Of a stretch of DNA of 64,000 nucleotides, positions 60,372 to 64,000 are shown piece after piece. Under the pieces are notes generated by a model that worked only from the letters and a program-made list of their open reading frames with translations, had not been told where the DNA came from and searched no databases. This stretch comes from a virus (taxonomy: Duplodnaviria > Caudoviricetes): positions 23,517 through 87,516 of the IMG/VR virus record IMGVR_UViG_3300044878_000218. One strand, 5' to 3'. Positions within the stretch are counted from its first letter, which is position 1; each line of letters begins with the position of its first letter. The translations under genes and the position numbers were made by a program.

Positions 60372-61691
60372 TTAATCGCTACTTAGCGAGAAAGGTTTGT
60401 GTCGATACGTGTAGCCTCCCTGCGACAGTACCCCCGTAATGTAGAAGGTCCCGTTGCTGCTCCAGAGCGGCGCTCTCGGCGATTGCAACCGCCGTGCCCA
60501 CTTGGCCTTGGCGAGATGGTTGTAGCGCAACTCTGTCGCCGCGCCTCGCAGTTGCTGCTCACACTTGAAGTGCGGCGACACCTGCAACATCTCGATGGCC
60601 TCCTCGATCACCTCTGGCGTGATGAAGGTCTCACCTCGCCTACGGAAATCATAGACGGCAAACTCGGCCCAGTTGGCCACAGATACACCGGTAAGTAGCG
60701 ACATTCCGACGAACGTCACAGCGGACATCTTCGCGGTCTTCAATACTTTATGGTTTAGCCGCTGAATTATGAGCCTGGCTGTGACCACCTCAGCGTCGTG
60801 CAAGCGGTCCTCGTTGGTGCCTTTGAGGTCCAGATCCTCCCACGGTTTCTCGAACACGCGGCGGACAGCGCGGGTAAAGACGACATCGTCCACCACCAGG
60901 TCGTTACGCCCACGGGCAGCGAACTCGGTCATCTCACCGCCGTCCGGGTCCATCAGCCGGGTCGCCTCGGCCATCACCTCCAACTTCATCGCGGTCAGCG
61001 TGCGGCGCAGCGTGGCTGGGTACGCACCTTGGTTGATGAGCAGCCTGGCGTAGCTGGAACTGGCCGGCAGGTCGAGCAGGTACTGCTGCTTGAAGTTGAT
61101 GTGGTTGTACTTCTTCGGCGGCTCCTCGTAGCTGGCGTCGTAGCACTCGTCAGCGTGGATGTGGGGGAACTGCGCACCGAAGCCCAGGATCGGCAGCTGA
61201 CGGGCCAGCTGCTTGTTCGGGACGTAGGGGTCGGGGAAGAACTCCATCAGATCCACGGCCTTGTGCGCCAGCTCCTCCACCGCGCTGATGGGGATGCCAC
61301 CGAGCAGGTAGGAGACGAGCAGCGGGCTGACCAGATCGACGCCGCGTTCGCCGAGGGCAGCCTTGATCAGGACGTTGCAGTAGGCGGTGAGCACCTTGTC
61401 ACCGTAACGCGCCGGGCCAATCAGGATGCGTGCCGGCTTGCTGCCGAGGCCCAGTGCATCGAGTAGGGAACCGGCGTAGGTCATGGCGGCGTGCATCATC
61501 TCGTCGCTGTCGGCACCGATGGTGGCGCCGGTGACCCGGTGGCTGGCGGACTCGTTGCCGGCAGGCAGATAGCAGTTGAGGCTATGGGCGCGGTGCCGAG
61601 AGGCCTTGGGAGGTTTGTTGCGCAGGCGCTCTAGGGCGGGCCTTTCAAGCTTGGCCTTGAGCTGATAGGGGCTGACCAGTGAAAATTCCAT
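60372..61691 (-). CDS. Large hypothetical protein (439 aa) beside the AT-rich region
   Basis: Long ORF with GGAG RBS; no family recognised. Confidence 0.65.
   Translation of the reverse strand: MEFSLVSPYQLKAKLERPALERLRNKPPKASRHRAHSLNCYLPAGNESASHRVTGATIGADSDEMMHAAMTYAGSLLDALGLGSKPARILIGPARYGDKVLTAYCNVLIKAALGERGVDLVSPLLVSYLLGGIPISAVEELAHKAVDLMEFFPDPYVPNKQLARQLPILGFGAQFPHIHADECYDASYEEPPKKYNHINFKQQYLLDLPASSSYARLLINQGAYPATLRRTLTAMKLEVMAEATRLMDPDGGEMTEFAARGRNDLVVDDVVFTRAVRRVFEKPWEDLDLKGTNEDRLHDAEVVTARLIIQRLNHKVLKTAKMSAVTFVGMSLLTGVSVANWAEFAVYDFRRRGETFITPEVIEEAIEMLQVSPHFKCEQQLRGAATELRYNHLAKAKWARRLQSPRAPLWSSNGTFYITGVLSQGGYTYRHKPFSLSSD
60376..60389. promoter_or_regulatory. Palindromic motif TCGCTA-CT-TAGCGA (candidate operator)
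   Basis: Same motif as at 17473 and 20785, again at a gene 3' end. Confidence 0.5.
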
Positions 61692-62300
61692 AAAAACTCC
61701 ATATAAGGCCCAGTAAACACTGGGGGTCGGGTCTTTAGTATAAAGTTGGTCTCTCCATGACGTCTATGAGAGAAAACGACTTTGGCGAAAAAGTTAATCA
61801 GGCGGTCCATTACCCACTCCTTTGTGAGTAAAGTTCTCGCGACGGTTTCGCCGATGCGAATAATTCCACTGATGGCCACCTGCCCATTTACGATAAGAGA
61901 TAAGGGGAAGGTGACGAATTTACGCAGGCTGCAGGGGATCGCGTCGGTTTGGTGGAAAAAGTGGAGGGAGGCTGTATGGCTTGTGGTGGAAGGGGTTGAG
62001 GCGGAAGGGGAGGGTTTTGGGGCGGGTTTGGCTGCTTATTTGTGTAGAAATAAAGGTCAAACCTCGATATCTGTTTTCCAAAAGCACCCCCAGTATTAGG
62101 TTTTCGAAAAAGTCGCCTTTTATGAAAAGCGATATCAACGATTCAGCTCTCCCTCCATTACACCTTTATACTCCCCCATACCCCCTCTATACCCCCTCTT
62201 TCTTTAACTTATGTAATAAGTAATAAGTAAGCCTTTCTGGCATGCACCTTGCATGTATGGCTCATTGTCATCATTCTTTTGTTTTGCTGCGCAAAACCAC
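61692..62300. other. AT-richer, compositionally skewed region with short repeats (candidate origin, terminus or control region)
   Basis: Loss of the high-GC3 coding pattern, G-rich then C-rich tracts, GTAATAA repeats. Confidence 0.5.
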
Positions 62301-62521
62301 AGCCACACCTTCCCCACGCTGCCCAGGGTTGTGACGGGTGGCGCCTCGCGGCGGGCTGGGGGCGTGGCGGTGGCTGTGCGCTCGCCAGCCCTCTTTGTAG
62401 GCCACCAGGCATACACCGAGCAGCAGAAGGGCGGCAAACGTCCCCAGCAGCGCCAGAAGAGCTGCCAGCCACCGTTCCATACCCATGTTGGTCAGTTCGA
62501 TGGCTATCCACGTGATCCAGC

Positions 62522-62902
62522 TCATAGGTCGGCCTCCTTGGTGAACTCGGTGAAGTTGAACTCGCTGTCCTTCCACTGATGGCCGCAGACCGCCGACAGC
62601 CTGGCGTCCGGACCTTGGCTGATGACCTCCTTTACGCCCATCCTCACCCCGTCGACGAAGTACACGAACTCGCAGTGCTCCATCAGGATGGTGGTCTCGT
62701 AGACCTGCTGCACCCCTCGGGCGAAAGCGTTGAGGATCGCCTCGTCGCTGGCCAGAGGCGCGGTCACCTTGCTGAAGATGTCGAGGTGGTACATGTCGCG
62801 CCATTCCTGCCGGCTGAGTTTGAGCAGGCAGGCGATCTGGTACACGCTGCGGGCGGCGTTGAGGATCTGGTCCTCGCTGCGAATCGGCGCTTTGTTACGC
62901 AT
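62522..62902 (-). CDS. Hypothetical protein
   Basis: Likely start MRNKAP after GGAGG. Confidence 0.55.
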   Translation of the reverse strand: MRNKAPIRSEDQILNAARSVYQIACLLKLSRQEWRDMYHLDIFSKVTAPLASDEAILNAFARGVQQVYETTILMEHCEFVYFVDGVRMGVKEVISQGPDARLSAVCGHQWKDSEFNFTEFTKEADL

Positions 62903-63371
62903 GGCCCACCTCCGCTGTGAACGCCGCCTTGAGGTCACCCCACAGGCTGCGGGTGGCGAACTCGCCGTCGATGACGGGCATGGCTACGCCGGTCTGCTCG
63001 CTGATCCAGCGTGGCAGCCGACGCAGGGCGTAGACCGCACCTTCGTCGTGGCTGTCCTTGGCGTTGCGCAGGGCGCTGTCGAAGGCCGCCGGGTTCTCGA
63101 TCAGGTCGGCCATTTTCAGCCGGCGCACCGGGGTCTTGCAGGTCGAGCGCAAGGGGCGGAAGTTGTGCCGCTCCTCACACCAGTCCGCCAACTTGGCCAC
63201 GGCCACTGCGGTGTGGATGGCGGCGACGTAGGTGTGCACTGGGTGTTTGCCGTCGAAGCGGTACACCGAGCAGGCGTAGATGTTGATCAGGCTGAGCGGG
63301 AGGTCGACGTCGGCGGACAGGTCGACCTTGGCGTCTTGGATGCGTTGGGCGAGGCGGGACATGACGGTCAT
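62895..63371 (-). CDS. Hypothetical protein
   Basis: AAGGAG RBS, good codon usage. Confidence 0.6.
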   Translation of the reverse strand: MTVMSRLAQRIQDAKVDLSADVDLPLSLINIYACSVYRFDGKHPVHTYVAAIHTAVAVAKLADWCEERHNFRPLRSTCKTPVRRLKMADLIENPAAFDSALRNAKDSHDEGAVYALRRLPRWISEQTGVAMPVIDGEFATRSLWGDLKAAFTAEVGHA

Positions 63372-63573
63372 GGTGGAACTCCTTGAATGCTATTTCTTGG
63401 TGGAAAATCGTTGTGGATCAGATACTTATGGGAAAATTTCCGACTGCTTTTCAGCGAGTTGGAGGCTTTCCTATCGGTACTCGATCACGCCGAGGCGCAG
63501 GCGCGCGCGTATAAAAAAGGCCAGGCGTGCGAACGCCTGGCCGAAGGGACTCCAGTCTGCGGAGTGAGGTGAA

Positions 63574-63933
63574 TCAGAACACGTAGTTGGGCTGGTCGTA
63601 GATCCGCTGCATCAGGTTGCCGCCGTAGCGAACGCGGTGATTTTGCAGCGCCTCGCTGGCCGGCTCGTTGTCGTCGATCTGGCCCCGGACATTGTCGAGC
63701 ACGTCAAGGCTGGCGGTCTCGCCGCCTTCGGCCATTGGCAACACTTCGCAGCGGCTACCGAAGCGGTCCAACTTGAGCAGGTCTTCGGCCATGTCGGCGC
63801 AGCCTTGGATTTCCTCTAGGGTGGCATTGTCGAAGCGCTGTAATTCCATGACGGCGCACTCGTTGTGCTGTTCGGCGGTGGCGGTGGCGGGTACGACGTG
63901 GCAAGAAAGAGTCAGCAGAAAGGCGGCAATCAT
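63574..63933 (-). CDS. Hypothetical exported/membrane-anchored protein
   Basis: Hydrophobic N-terminus (MIAAFLLTLSC), four Cys, AAGGA RBS. Confidence 0.55.
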   Translation of the reverse strand: MIAAFLLTLSCHVVPATATAEQHNECAVMELQRFDNATLEEIQGCADMAEDLLKLDRFGSRCEVLPMAEGGETASLDVLDNVRGQIDDNEPASEALQNHRVRYGGNLMQRIYDQPNYVF

Positions 63934-64000
63934 GGGAAGAAATCCTTAATCCGGGGAGTTGTGGGGCGCGGTGCGCCCCGTTGGCGGTTGACTTAGGCGG

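Noticed and set aside
1-64000. tRNA, rRNA, integrase, transposase, introns or inteins
   Set aside because: None recognised by eye; a tRNAscan/Infernal run would be needed to exclude small RNAs

Overview
A 64-kb segment of a GC-rich, lambda-tail-type (siphovirus-like) dsDNA bacteriophage genome. The host is most likely a Pseudomonas (inferred from codon style, the GH19/holin/spanin lysis cassette, a PelA-like enzyme and Pseudomonas-type parS sites). The + strand (1-14156) carries tail-tip genes (K, I, J), a 1038-aa virion-type protein with a split PelA-like glycoside hydrolase, the lysis cassette and a second fibre-like module; one antisense degenerate dUTPase interrupts it. After a bidirectional terminator (~14163-14197) the genes run on the - strand: an autonomous replication and nucleotide-metabolism block (SbcCD-like nuclease, ligase, resolvase, dNMP kinase, exonucleases, full PolA, ThyX, TerB, MazG-like proteins, SNF2 helicase, primase-helicase, Dda-like helicase), then ~25 kb of small early/accessory ORFs with a C5 DNA methyltransferase. 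Top observations: (1) four perfect copies of the Pseudomonas chromosomal centromere parS (TGTTCCACGTGGAACA) within 1.5 kb of the early region, with no recognisable parA/parB in the window, suggesting the phage hijacks host ParB/SMC; (2) a tail-associated candidate Pel-exopolysaccharide depolymerase; (3) a recurring CGCTA-NN-TAGCG palindrome at replication-gene junctions, a period-8 TTAT array, a stand-alone PolA fragment and a pseudo-dUTPase. All product calls come from motif recognition by eye; no database search was run.
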